The notes: generated from the letters alone by a model not told the origin. A stretch of 64,000 bases of DNA from Nitrospirota bacterium (GCA_963749655.1 CAVVOB010000033.1:1-64000); one strand, 5' to 3'. Positions 19,393 to 29,520 are shown, counted from the stretch's first letter. A program made the numbers and translations.

Positions 19393-21307
19393 GTAGAGTA
19401 GAGAGCTGGTCGTATTGACCAGCCCTCCCTCATCAAACCGTGCATGCAGTTTTCCCGCACACGGCTTTCCGATGTTCTTCACCGCAAGGCATGCGCCTTC
19501 AACCAGCCCGCTGTCGTCGGCACTTTATAGAGCCCATACTTCTCGTACAAAGACCTGTTGGTGAACCTGCGTAAACCCCGCTGCCCTGCTTTTGATCTTA
19601 TGCCGCTTACGCAGATGCGTGCGCACTCGCGCTTCCACATGGAACTTGAGACGATCGAAGCGCCTTGCTGCTGTTGCGATAATGAAAATAGCCGACCCAG
19701 CCCCGAAGGGCGGTGTTGACTTCTTCTATTATCACGCTAAGCGGCTTCGGCGTCATCCGTCTGTGTGTTAAGGCGGTGACGCTGTCTTTGATCTTCTTCA
19801 GGGCCTTTCGTGATGGCTGTACCAGTGGGTAGAGGTTGCCCGTTCTCCGACTTCTTCCCATACGAAGTTCAAATCCAAGGAAGTTGAAGCCTTCTTTCTT
19901 GGCGTTCACTATGCGGGTCTTGTTCTCATTGAGCACAAGTCCCAGTCGTTCGAGCACCCGGCGCACTACCGCCATCGGCTGCTCGGTTCCCTTTCTGCAC
20001 AGCACGACAAAATCATCGGCATACCGTACAAGACGCGCTCCGAGTCTACTCTGGAGCTTCTTCTTGTGCCATATCCTATCTAACAGGTGCAGATAGAGGT
20101 TGGCCAGGAGCGGTGAAATGACCCCGCCTTGCGGTGTGCCTTTGGTGTTTGCCTTGCCGCCGCCGATGTTCCGCTTCGTTCCGTCCTTGTCCACTTCCAT
20201 GACCGGGGCCTTGAGCCACATCTGGATGATGTGCAGAATCGCACTATCAACGATGCGCTCGGCGACCACGGCCATGAGCTTGGCATGGGGGATGGTGTCG
20301 AAGTACTTTGAAACATCGGCGTCGATGACTTCCGTATAACCGCAGTTGAGGGCATACGATATGTCTTCGATTGCATCATGGGCCGACTTCTTGGGTCTGA
20401 ATCCGTATGAGGTGTCTATGAAGTCTGCTTCAAAGATCGGTTCGATGACCAGTTTGACGGCCATCTGGGCCACCCTGTCCCTAATGGTCGGGATACCGAG
20501 GGGACGCTCTGTGCCGTCTCCTTTGGGTATCATGACGCGCTTTACAGGGTTTGGTGCGTAGGTCTTGCTCTTCAGTGCTTCTTGCAGCTCCGCCAGAAAG
20601 GCGATTACCCCTTCTCCGGTCTCTATGGCCTCGAAGGTGACGCCGTCGATGCCGGCGCTCCCTTTGTTGGCCCTGACAAGATGGTAGGCGTGACTGAGGA
20701 TGTCGGCCCGGTGTATCTTGTCGTAGAGCGCGTAGAAGCGGTAGGCCGGTTCTTGCTTGGCCTTACGGTAGAGCTTCCTCTGGAGTGTCCTGATTGTCTC
20801 AGGGGTTGTTAGCATCTCTGCAATCCCCTCATCCTCTCTCCTTCGGTTGCGTGAACAAAGCAGGGTCCCTTTTCTCGGACAGGGTTATGTTGTCCCATGT
20901 CCTCAAACGATACTATGGACCCCTCCGACTCCCGATACAGCCCAATGCGTTTTCGTTTCCTTATACGCACCGGTTGATGTTCCTCTAACATCACTGTATC
21001 GGGTCTCCAGCACTGGACTGCTTATCTTCCGCTGCATGCCGCCCCTGCTACCCCGGGAGATCGCACAGATCGCTTCCGTTGTCTGAATCTGTGCGCATCG
21101 GCCTTCCCCATTTGACCACAGGGTCGGCATCTCCGAATAAGTTACGAGGCTACGTGTAGGTTCGCTTTCGCTGCGGCCTGTAGCTTTGCCGTTTGGGAAC
21201 TCACGACCTCTGATTGCTCAGACGCCGCTCCCTCGTGCTACCAAGGCGTACGGACAACTCCTTGGGCGGGACTTGAACCCGCAAGATAATCAGTTGTTAC
21301 TGCGAAC
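19393..21307 (-). mobile_element. Complete group II intron (~1915 nt)
   Basis: 5' GTTCG; domain V AAGCCGTGTGCGGGAAAACTGCATGCACGGTTT; domain VI GCTGGTC..GACCAGC..CTACTCTAC 3' end; encodes RT/maturase. Confidence 0.9.
19479..20815 (-). CDS. ltrA: Group II intron reverse transcriptase/maturase, no En domain (frameshift near 19655)
   Basis: NKGSAGIDG, RPLGIPTIRDR, GTPQGGVISPLLAN, RYADD, FNFLG, LRGWVGYF. Confidence 0.93.
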
Positions 21308-21352
21308 GGTCAGGTCTTGCGGTTTGACAGGCAGCGCTTTCACTGACTTTCA

Positions 21353-21470
21353 GTGGAGCCCCCTCCGGCAACCCGACCTGTCGGAACTCAAAATCATAAC
21401 GACCTCCCGCCTGCACCCGCCGTTTACGAGTGCGGATGCACGGAGTGCCGGGTGGAACTGCGAACTTGCG
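21353..21470. repeat. Dispersed element GTGGAGCCCCCT.., copy A
   Basis: Aligns with 43764-43880. Confidence 0.7.
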
Positions 21471-21527
21471 GAATTGCGAAGAATATTCCCGCTAAAATCA
21501 CTTGATCGGAGAAATACAGCTTGACGT

Positions 21528-21992
21528 CTAATTGATCGTAAACGTCACCGGCAGGTCCTGGCACCCCAGCATGTTGCTGCTTGAATCGACAGTCACGAAT
21601 CGCCACGACGCTTTATACGTAGCCGGCGAGAGGCTCGAATCAAAGCTGAGCGAGAACTTCATCGGGTTGTTCGAGTCGACCTGGGAAATGTTCATCCCGA
21701 CGGTTCGGGGGTCCGTTGCTCCCGGGGCATATCCTGCCCCAAGACCCGCGGTCTGGGAGCTGTAGCCGGCTGAAACAGTAACATCGGGCACAGAAACATT
21801 ATGAATAGCCGTGACCGTGACGGCGGTCAGGAGATTGCCCCCGTTGTCGAACAGCCATAGATTTCCGTTCGGCGTGCAGGCGGTCGAATCACTGCTGTCG
21901 CTGGTGCTGGTGTTGGTGGTGACGTTGCCGCAGGACAGGAGCGGCAACAGAACTGCGATCAGGAAAGCGTATCTCAGTATTGTCTTTTTCAT
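21528..21992 (-). CDS. Hypothetical lipoprotein, Ser/Thr-rich beta domain
   Basis: Lipobox LLSC; AAGGAG RBS. Confidence 0.7.
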   Translation of the reverse strand: MKKTILRYAFLIAVLLPLLSCGNVTTNTSTSDSSDSTACTPNGNLWLFDNGGNLLTAVTVTAIHNVSVPDVTVSAGYSSQTAGLGAGYAPGATDPRTVGMNISQVDSNNPMKFSLSFDSSLSPATYKASWRFVTVDSSSNMLGCQDLPVTFTIN

Positions 21993-22012
21993 GCCATGTG
22001 TCTCCTTATGGA

Positions 22013-22125
22013 AGCTCTCAGCGGTCAGTTCGCAGCCATCAGCTTTCACTTTGCATGCATCGGCGTAATCTGTAGATAGAGCTTTCCAGAGAGCGCCCGG
22101 AGAGCTTTACGCTGACTGCTGACCC
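22013..22125. repeat. Heptamer inverted repeat (TCAGCNN / GCTGACN)
   Basis: AGCTCTCAGCGGTCAG..TCAGC ... GCTGACTGCTGAC. Confidence 0.55.
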
Positions 22126-22127
22126 TC

Positions 22128-22493
22128 CTATTTTTTCCCGATGCAGATCCGCGCGTCGCTGGTGTTGTCCAGCGGCTTCATGAACTTGATCGTCATGCTG
22201 AGCTTGTCGCCCTTCTGCAGCATCGCGCCGTCGGAGGTAACCTGTTGTCCCGGCGCAAGCTTGAACCCGTCCTTCACGTAGAAGTCCGCCACCTTTGCCG
22301 CGGCGTCCCTGGTCCGGTAGCAGACGCCGGCGCCCCCGCCCGTGGCCTTCATGATCTGGTCCTGCACCTTCGACCATTGCTCGTCCTTTTTCGCGTTAGG
22401 ATAGATCTTAACGCCGAGGTCCTCTGCCGCGAATGCAAAACCTGTTGTTGCGAAAAGCATTGCTGCTGCGCTAATGCAGATGCGCTTGACCAT
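22128..22493 (-). CDS. Small secreted protein (paralog of 28164-28577)
   Basis: Signal peptide; EDLGVKIYPNAK..YRT.D...KVADFY. Confidence 0.7.
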   Translation of the reverse strand: MVKRICISAAAMLFATTGFAFAAEDLGVKIYPNAKKDEQWSKVQDQIMKATGGGAGVCYRTRDAAAKVADFYVKDGFKLAPGQQVTSDGAMLQKGDKLSMTIKFMKPLDNTSDARICIGKK

Positions 22494-22521
22494 GATATCC
22501 TCCCTGGAAACCGACGTGGAC

Positions 22522-22988
22522 CGACCGCACAGGGTCAGGTCTTTTATTTTGGTGTTGAAGAACATGTGTTTAGTTCAAGCGGCACACCACTTCAGGCCAG
22601 GTCCTTTTTTAAAGTTCTTCTCCGATGCCCCCGTAGACCTCTTACGATCAGATAGTGTCCCTGTTATTTTCTCGCCAGGTTTGTATCCAGATTTGCAAGC
22701 ACCTGCCTGCTAGCGGCCTTTGCCAGATCGATGAGCTTGGGGTGAAGCGCCTTGCGACCGCACAGGGTCAGGTCTTTTATTTTGGTGTTGAAGAACATGT
22801 GTTTAGTTCAAGCGGCACACCACTTCAGGCCAGCGTCCTTTTTTAAAGTTCTTCTCCGATGCCCCCGTAGACCTCTTACGATCAGATAGTGTCCCTGTTA
22901 TTTTCTCGCCAGGTTTGTATCCAGATTTGCAAGCACCTGCCTGCTAGCGGCCTTTGCCAGATCGATGAGCTTGGGGTGAAGCGCCTTG
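22522..22988. repeat. Tandem duplication, 233/234 bp units (22522-22754, 22755-22988)
   Basis: Near-identical units differing by small indels; includes REP-like site and 3' end of adjacent gene. Confidence 0.9.
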
Positions 22989-23599
22989 TAGTTGCCCACG
23001 CCCATCACCACCGTAACGCCGTCGTCCGATTCGATCTCGACCGAGTCCTGCCACAGCACGTCGCCGTTCACGTCATAGACCACGACCATATACGTCACCG
23101 AGGCTGTTACACTGCCCGCGGAAAGGGCGATGGGGACCGGCAGCAGGCCGCCGATCGCGAGACCGCTTTTCTTGGCATTGTAGCTTGCGGACACCACGAG
23201 GAATCCCTTGGCTTTGAGCTCCTTTGCAAGCGCCCGTATGTTCTTCTGCTCGTCGGTGATCGAAAATCCCTTGTACCCGGGCGCGAGGTCGCCGGTAAAC
23301 ATCGGCCCCGTATCCTTGATGGCATTGTAGGGTCTGCTCGAAAGCACCGCACTCTCCGGCGCCAGCCTGAAGCGCCGCGACTTGCCGAGCTCCCGTACCG
23401 AGATCGCCGCAAGCTGCGCAGCCAGCTCCTTGTCTTCCCGGTCGTTTGTCGCAAGGCCGGATACGGCCGCCTGCGCCGTCACCATCGCAAATAAAGGCCT
23501 GGACCTGGCGAAGAATTCCTCATTGGCCCTGAACGAGGCGCAGCCGGTTGCCAATGAAACAGCCAGGAGCAGTACTGCACTTCGCGTTGCCTTTTTCAT
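22898..23599 (-). CDS. Hypothetical lipoprotein
   Basis: Lipobox LATGC; GGAG RBS. Confidence 0.7.
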   Translation of the reverse strand: MKKATRSAVLLLAVSLATGCASFRANEEFFARSRPLFAMVTAQAAVSGLATNDREDKELAAQLAAISVRELGKSRRFRLAPESAVLSSRPYNAIKDTGPMFTGDLAPGYKGFSITDEQKNIRALAKELKAKGFLVVSASYNAKKSGLAIGGLLPVPIALSAGSVTASVTYMVVVYDVNGDVLWQDSVEIESDDGVTVVMGVGNYKALHPKLIDLAKAASRQVLANLDTNLARK

Positions 23600-23685
23600 C
23601 TTTGTCTCCTGTTCTTTATTTGATCCGGGCTTTCCCTTTGTATCATCTGCCTAATCGTAGAAGATAAGCTCTTAAAAATCGTTTC

Positions 23686-23786
23686 TATCCGCAGATGACG
23701 CAGAGCACGCAGAAAAAGCAAAGCTGGGTCTGTTTAAACCAGTGCCTGGATTCAGACTTTCATACGTCATCTGCGTAATCTGTGGA
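23686..23786. repeat. Nonamer-period inverted repeat (CGCAGATGA / ATCTGCGT)
   Basis: ATCCGCAGATGACGCAGA...GTCATCTGCGTAATCTGTGGA; similar at 28014, 29330, 31225. Confidence 0.7.
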
Positions 23787-23978
23787 AAAAATTCTTTAAA
23801 TCTTTTCTATCCGCGGTTTCCCCCGGCTGGTGCGTTTCTAGGGCAGGCTGCAATTCTTCAAGGAATAGATCAACGAGAAGGTTCGAGCAGTGGTGACAGG
23901 ACGAGAATAGGACAAATAGGGGAAAAAGGCAAGGCAATAGCGAATTGCCATCCGCTTTAAACATGAGACTGATCCAGT

Positions 23979-25107
23979 TTACTTGATGGATACAAGAAAC
24001 AAACCCTTGTCCGTCTTAACAACAAACGACTTGTTCCCTTTTGCCAGGAACTCGTTCAGCTTCCTGCTCGTATCGAAGTCCCGATGGGTGATGTAATGCC
24101 CGGTGAAAGGAATTTCGGCGCCCGGGTTTGCGATGGCCTTTTCGATGTCCTGGAACAGGCCGAACCGGAACTCGTCGCTCGTGATCGCGAAGGTTGCCGT
24201 TCCCCGGGGAACGCTGTCGATCCTTTTCGCTTCCACTTTCGGGGTCTTCGGATAATAGCCCTTCTTTTCCATCTCGTCATTGGCCCGCAGCATGGCATCG
24301 CCTTCTGCCAGTCCCTGCGCCTGAAAGCCCGCCACCGCTCCAGCGTAGGCTTCACGAACGGTCCTGCTCCGCTCCAACTGCGGACGGTGCAGATGATCCG
24401 TCAGGTCCGCTGTTGCGATCTCCTCGCGAAGCTGCGGCCCGCCTGAAGAGGAAACACGGAGGGGCTTTCGCTGCTTCGTGTCTGCTTCGTAGAGAAGGAG
24501 CGCCCGGCTCCTGTAATCCACGATCTCGAAAGGGCCGGAGAGGATCTGTTCGGTCCAGCGGTCCGTCGTGTGATGCCCCGGTGTCCATGTTTCCCTGTCG
24601 ACAAAGCCGGTCCCATTCGCGTTCCAGGAACCGACGATCCATTCATTGTTCGTGAGGCCGGGCGGGTCATTGGGAAGAAAGTCGAGGCCTATCTTATAAT
24701 GAAGCGTGCGGCCTTCCCATCGGAGCTCGCACTCCGGGATGCCGAAAAGATAATTGCGGTACTGCGTCTTCGGCTTGAGCAGGATGGGGAACTCGCCAGG
24801 TATGGAGTGTGGTTGTCTCTCCTGTTTCGCGGCTGGTCTTCTGGAGGGAGAACCGGTCGCCGAGCACGATCACCGCAGCAGGCGGGGTGAAGAACTCGAT
24901 GCCCGGCCCCCAGGAGACGCCCCAGGCGTCCCTGGTCAGGTAATAGACCTCGCGGCCGTCAGGTCCGAAGACCGGTGCGTGAAAGGTCTGGCTGCGGTCC
25001 AGGCGGGGAACGATGCCGAGCTGATAGGCGAACCAGCCTGGGATAAGAAGCAGCAGGGCTGCGATGACGAGGCCGATGCGCAGTCTTTTTTTCGTTTTTG
25101 GTTGCAA
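23979..25107 (-). CDS. Hypothetical membrane-anchored protein (frameshifted)
   Basis: N-terminal TM ORF 24694-25107 continuing into ORF 23979-24521. Confidence 0.5.
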
Positions 25108-25316
25108 TGCTGTCTCTGTAAGTCAGGTGTTGCACGCGTTGCCTTTAGAATGCAGGCGAGAAGCTTCTCAGGAGGCGGTCCAAAATGCTTCACCCTCGGA
25201 TTCGGTCACCTGCCTGAATTTTCGCACGGGGCGGCGTCAAGGAGCTCTGGGTCCAAACTCCGCTCACAGCGCAAGGCAGAAAAGACGAACGGCGCGGGAA
25301 CCGACGTCTTTCCTGC

Positions 25317-26308
25317 TTATTTTCGGGTCATCTGCTTCAGTTCGCTGAACGCTTTCTTTGAACATTCCGGGCACAGTCCATGGCTGAACTCCGCTTCCGA
25401 ATGTTCGCTGATATAGGATTCTATGTGTTTCCAGCGGCCCTTGTCGTCCCGTATCTTTTTGCAGGAGGCGCAGATCGGCAGCAGGCCGCTTAACTGCTTG
25501 ACCTCGCCGAGCGCTTCATGGAGCTGCAGGATAAGCTGGTTTCTTTCGAGCGCGATCCGGTGAAACGTGTGGAACAGAAAATAGAGGACGACAAGGTATG
25601 CTCCCAGGCGCTGCGAGGTGCCAGAACCACCACTTCGCGTTCCAGGCCGTGGAGAAGGGAAACTCCAGCTCGGCCAGGCCGAAGAGCAGATACAGGCAGG
25701 AAAAGAGATAGGATTCGCTCTTATGAAAGCGGAAGTAATCGACCAGGAAATAAACGAAGGCGGCGATGAACAGGATCCCGGCAGCGAGGTTGATCGTTAT
25801 TGCCGGCGGGGTAAAAACGTCCGTTTTCCACCATCGCCGGGAGCCATTCTTGATACCGGCTCGTAAGGACTCCGAGTACGATCAGGCTCCCCGCGATCGT
25901 CCACGCAAGCCGCCTGTCTGTTTTTATCGAGCGGTCCACATACGCGGGGGACCAGATGAGCGCGGAGCCGAGACCGCCGGCGAGGCTTGCGACGCTGTGA
26001 AACAGGATAAAGCTGTGTCCGCGTCCGGAGACGGCGTGAAAGCCGTCCAGGATGCCCATGGCGAGAAAACCGACGGCGAGGGGGGAATATTTCTCGACAT
26101 CCTGTTCTGATTTGCCCTGGAGGAGAAAGATCGCCATGACGACCGCGGACATCGCGCCCAGGGCCTCGGCCGCTGCATGGAGGGGCTCATTGACGAAGAG
26201 TTTGTTCCCCCACAGGGCTGCCAGCGCAAGCGTGGTCGATACTACGAGAAAGAATACCGCGCCGAGGGGCAATAACACGGATAAGCGCTTATTTCTTGTT
26301 GTAACCAT
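25317..26308 (-). pseudogene. Multi-TM sensor (MASE-like) joined to C-terminal LLPICASCKKIRD..SHGLCPEC domain; fragmented
   Basis: TM repeats with MGILDGFH motif; Cys tail typical of signalling proteins; several frame breaks. Confidence 0.55.
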
Positions 26309-26331
26309 GTTCTCTCCGGCTGCCGATGTAA

Positions 26332-26568
26332 AAACCGACGAGACCCGATGTGAACCGATGCTGTCAAAGGCCGACGAACACCGACATGAGCCGGACTACT
26401 GCAGAACTGAATGAACCGAGGTAACCCGACTAGAATCGACAAGAACCGACGACTGCAAAAGCGACCGTCGGCTCCCGTCGCCTTTCGTCGCTTCTCGTCG
26501 GGTCTCGTCTGCCTTACCCCGTCGCCTCTCGTCGACTTTACGTCGCTTTTTTGTCGAAACTCGTCGCC
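26332..26568. repeat. 10-nt-period CGAC/GTCG inverted repeat element, copy 2 (longest)
   Basis: CGAC-type units, centre CGACCGTCG, then GTCG units. Confidence 0.75.
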
Positions 26569-27003
26569 CTACCTTCCCTCCTGCCTCTTCCACCTGACCA
26601 GCAGGTAGATGACGATCCAGGCAAAGGTCCGGAACATCATCGCGAAGATGCTTTTCATCGCCACGATCTGGCCCGTCTGCTTCAGGGCGAACAGGCCGGC
26701 AAAGACGATCGCGTGGAGCGTCAGGATATTCACCGCAAAGTTCCGGCTCCGTTCGCTCCCTTGCCAGATCCCCACGCCGACCGCGGCGGACAAGGCGCCC
26801 AGGACCACGTTGTACCAGACGAGCCAGGGGAGAACAGGGTAGTCGGGGACATACTGGCCGAGCAGCACCCTGCCGCCTTCGAGCACGGAGAGCAGGCCGA
26901 GCATGACTGCAAGGATGGCGGCGACCTGGTCGCGCTTCTGCTGGGTGATCTTCACCGTCGCCGGCGGCGCTGCTTTTTCTTTCGTGCGTTTCTTTTTTGA
27001 CAT
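26569..27003 (-). CDS. Hypothetical 4-TM membrane protein
   Basis: Four hydrophobic segments; AAGGA RBS. Confidence 0.7.
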   Translation of the reverse strand: MSKKKRTKEKAAPPATVKITQQKRDQVAAILAVMLGLLSVLEGGRVLLGQYVPDYPVLPWLVWYNVVLGALSAAVGVGIWQGSERSRNFAVNILTLHAIVFAGLFALKQTGQIVAMKSIFAMMFRTFAWIVIYLLVRWKRQEGR

Positions 27004-27019
27004 GTTTATTCCTTAAGGA

Positions 27020-27233
27020 AAGCTTTCAGCGATCAGCTGTCGGCTTTTTCCGCAATTCGCAGATGTGCAGAAGTTTTATTATAGTTATGAAAAACAACTG
27101 AAGGATCGGGCAAAGATGATAGAACGAGAATAGAACAAATTGCCGTAAAACGCAAGAATAACGATGAGGGATTTAATTGCTCATTACAGGTTTTCAGAAA
27201 AAGCTGACGGCTGACCGCTGAAAGCTGACAGCT
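27020..27233. repeat. Heptamer inverted repeat enclosing AT-rich spacer
   Basis: AGCTTTCAGCGATCAGCTGTCGGC ... GCTGACGGCTGACCGCTGAAAGCTGACAGCT. Confidence 0.7.
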
Positions 27234-27266
27234 TTATATACACACATCACCGCATAAACGCATACC

Positions 27267-27611
27267 TCAATGATACCCCCGCTCACCGAAGGGCCTGAGC
27301 TTCTCCAGCCACATCGACTCAAGCGCTTTCAAGTCGTCGCGGTAATCGTACGCAGGATCGTCGACGGGCTTGAGCGTATCGAGCACCTCGATGACGAAGC
27401 TCTGCTCTCCCATCTCTTTCCAGTCCTGTGCCAGTCCGGGGCTGGGGAGAAAGGTCCCCATCCTGAGCTGAAACCGTATGCTGTTGATCGTGCCCGCCGT
27501 ATTGGCGCTGGCCGCGAGGTACAGGCGGTTGTTCCTGGTGTTCCTGACCTGCACGATGCCCATGGGCTGGATGGTCTTTTTGTATTCCTTGATCGCGTCC
27601 TTGCGGTCCAT
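27267..27611 (-). CDS. GIY-YIG-like family small protein
   Basis: KEYK..PMGIVQVRN..N.RLYL..FQL..LAQDWKEMGE..FVIEVLD..LE.MWLEKL.P. Confidence 0.75.
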   Translation of the reverse strand: MDRKDAIKEYKKTIQPMGIVQVRNTRNNRLYLAASANTAGTINSIRFQLRMGTFLPSPGLAQDWKEMGEQSFVIEVLDTLKPVDDPAYDYRDDLKALESMWLEKLRPFGERGYH

Positions 27612-27630
27612 CACGTTCTCCGATCTTATA

Positions 27631-27769
27631 AACCGACGTACCCCGACTAGAACCGACATGAACCGACCGTCGCCTCTCGTCGACTCTTGTCGGGTCTGGT
27701 CGCCTTATCCTCCGTCGACTCTCGCCGCCTCTCGTCGATTTTACGTCGCTTCTCGTCGGGTCTTGTCTG
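27631..27769. repeat. 10-nt-period CGAC/GTCG inverted repeat element, copy 3
   Basis: AACCGACGTACCCCGACTAGAACCGACATGAACCGACCGTCG.. Confidence 0.75.
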
Positions 27770-27771
27770 TT

Positions 27772-27966
27772 TTACTTGTCGCTCGCGACTTTTTTCGCGC
27801 CCCGGCACAGGGGGCAAAGGCTGGTCCCCTTTCCATGGCAGTTGATGCACGGCCGCTGAGCAGCGTTGCTGCTGGACTGCCGTCCCTGGCCGTGGCAGAC
27901 GGGACAGGTTACGGAGCCTTTTCCTTTGCATTCAGGACAGGGTTTCATTGCTGTTTTCTCCGGCAT
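27772..27966 (-). CDS. Stand-alone DnaJ-type zinc-finger mini-protein
   Basis: CPECKGKG, CPVCHGQG, CINCHGKG, CPLCRG; GAGG RBS. Confidence 0.7.
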   Translation of the reverse strand: MPEKTAMKPCPECKGKGSVTCPVCHGQGRQSSSNAAQRPCINCHGKGTSLCPLCRGAKKVASDK

Positions 27967-28163
27967 TTGTTTTCCTCTCTCAGTTGGATCGATTATAAAA
28001 GCTTGGAACCTTTTATCCACAGATGACGCAGATGTCGCAGAAAGAGCGAACCTTGAATTGAGACCCCGGACTTCCATCTGGGTAAGCTGCGTAATCTCAC
28101 GGACAAAACCGACTCAGGACTTTTAGCTAAGAACTCAAAACTAATAATTCAAAACTCTTTATT

Positions 28164-28577
28164 TCAGATCGCCGGACCCGACTTGCCCGCCTGCTCCACT
28201 TCTTTGAAGATCAGGACCAGCGTGTCCGTCATCTTCGCTCCCGTCTTCGCATCCCTCCAGGGGTTCTGGACAACCACATCCACGCCCGAATCCGCCTTGA
28301 ACCGCACCCGCTCCGGAGACGGGCTGCCCATCTTCAGGAGCAGGAGCCCCTTCTTCCTGTAGAACTCAGTGACTTTTGCAATGCCGTCGTTCGTCCGGTA
28401 CGCAGCCCCCCGGGCGGACAGGGACTTCATGAGCAGTTCCGTCCTGGCCTGGTCGTATTTCGCTCCGGGGTACACTGCCACGCCGAGGCGATCTTCGGCT
28501 GCAGCAGACGAGATGATGAAGATCGTGAAAACGAATGCGGCAAAACAGGTTCTTGCGGCTTTCCTGGTTAACAACAT
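28164..28577 (-). CDS. Small secreted protein (paralog of 22128-22493)
   Basis: Signal peptide; EDRLGVAVYPGAK..YRT.D...KVTEFY. Confidence 0.7.
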   Translation of the reverse strand: MLLTRKAARTCFAAFVFTIFIISSAAAEDRLGVAVYPGAKYDQARTELLMKSLSARGAAYRTNDGIAKVTEFYRKKGLLLLKMGSPSPERVRFKADSGVDVVVQNPWRDAKTGAKMTDTLVLIFKEVEQAGKSGPAI

Positions 28578-28723
28578 GTTCGGCTCCCTTTACGTCAATA
28601 TATATGGCCCGCACACCACTTCCCTGAAGCTTTAGAAAAGCACTATATTATATACCTCCTGAATGCGTCAAGAAGAGAAAAAAGGGGGGGCCGGTACCAA
28701 CGGATTCCGGGCCGCAAAAGAAA

Positions 28724-28756
28724 CAAAAAAAGCCCCTTCTCTCAAGGGGCAGGCTT
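28724..28756 (-). terminator. Terminator after tRNA pair
   Basis: GCCCCTT-loop-AAGGGGC stem with T-run on minus strand. Confidence 0.6.
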
Positions 28757-28776
28757 GTTTGGATCAGATCGGCAAA

Positions 28777-28852
28777 TGGTGGTCCCAACGGGAATCGAAC
28801 CCGTGTCTCCGGCGTGAGAGGCCAGCGTCCTAGGCCGCTAGACGATGGGACC
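28777..28852 (-). tRNA. tRNA-Glu(CTC)
   Basis: GGTCCCATCGTCTAGCGGCCTAGGAC..CT-CTC-AC..GGTTCGATTCC..GGACCACCA. Confidence 0.95.
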
Positions 28853-28854
28853 GT

Positions 28855-28968
28855 TTTGAGAGTCTGTAGTTGATAGTTCTGAGTGGTGAGTTTTGAGTTA
28901 ATGATGAAGCAGCAGGAACTTGTAACCGGCCGCCGACTCAGAACTAAAAACTCGCAACTCAAAACTGA
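28855..28968. repeat. Heptamer inverted repeat (GAGTTTT / AACTCAA) between the two tRNAs
   Basis: GAGTGGTGAGTTTTGAGTT ... ACTCAGAACTAAAAACTCGCAACTCAAAACT. Confidence 0.7.
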
Positions 28969-28975
28969 ATTTTAA

Positions 28976-29049
28976 TGGTTGGGAGAGGAGGATTCGAACC
29001 CCCGTAGACAGGTTCAGAGCCTGTCGTCCTACCACTGGACGATCCCCCA
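28976..29049 (-). tRNA. tRNA-Gln(CTG)
   Basis: TGGGGGATCGTCCAGTGGTAGGAC..CT-CTG-AA..GGTTCGAATCC..CCAACCA. Confidence 0.95.
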
Positions 29050-29067
29050 GGCAGACACAGAGTTAGC

Positions 29068-29095
29068 ACTATATCCAAAACCTCGCAGGTGTCAA
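29068..29095 (-). promoter_or_regulatory. Sigma70 promoter of tRNA operon
   Basis: TTGACA-16nt-TATAGT just upstream of tRNA-Gln. Confidence 0.7.
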
Positions 29096-29520
29096 GGGTA
29101 AAAACGCAGGTTTTTCCGGCGTTTTACCGCGGACCCGAAGCCCATGAAATGCTTGACTTACCGGGCCTGAATACAGTAGTTCTGGTATCATTAGGAAACG
29201 AGATACCTGGGGAACAACCACTTGACGCTCCCCTTGGCAATCGGGGAGGAGTCGCCGTAGCCCTTTCCGCAGATAGAGGCAGAGGAGCTAGACAAGGTAT
29301 AGGATCAGCTATGCTTATTCTCAATTTTGAGATCTGCGTAATCTGTGGAAGAAAGATCTTTATGAAATCGATTTAACCGGGGAGAAACTGCAGACAACGC
29401 AGAAAGATTCATCAACTTCACATGAGAATCTTTATTGTCGAGTTTTTGTCTGCCTATTCCGCGTGACAATGTGCGGTAGATACGTCTGTTTAGGAAACGG
29501 AAAGGAGCGAATATGCACCT

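Noticed and set aside
19479-20815. RT as part of a DGR, retron or defence system
   Set aside because: Flanked by clear group II intron 5' end and domains V/VI; no TR/VR pair seen. The 233-bp duplication differs by indels, not A-specific changes.
22515-22545. GTGCG next to the REP arm as start of a second group II intron
   Set aside because: No intron domains follow, and the register differs from the real insertion point.
26332-27769. CRISPR array
   Set aside because: No identical 25-40 nt repeats with unique spacers and no cas genes; units are degenerate 10-mers in inverted arrangement.
28777-28852. tRNA-Glu as attachment site of an integrative island covering the left accessory zone
   Set aside because: No integrase and no duplicated tRNA 3' end noticed in the window.
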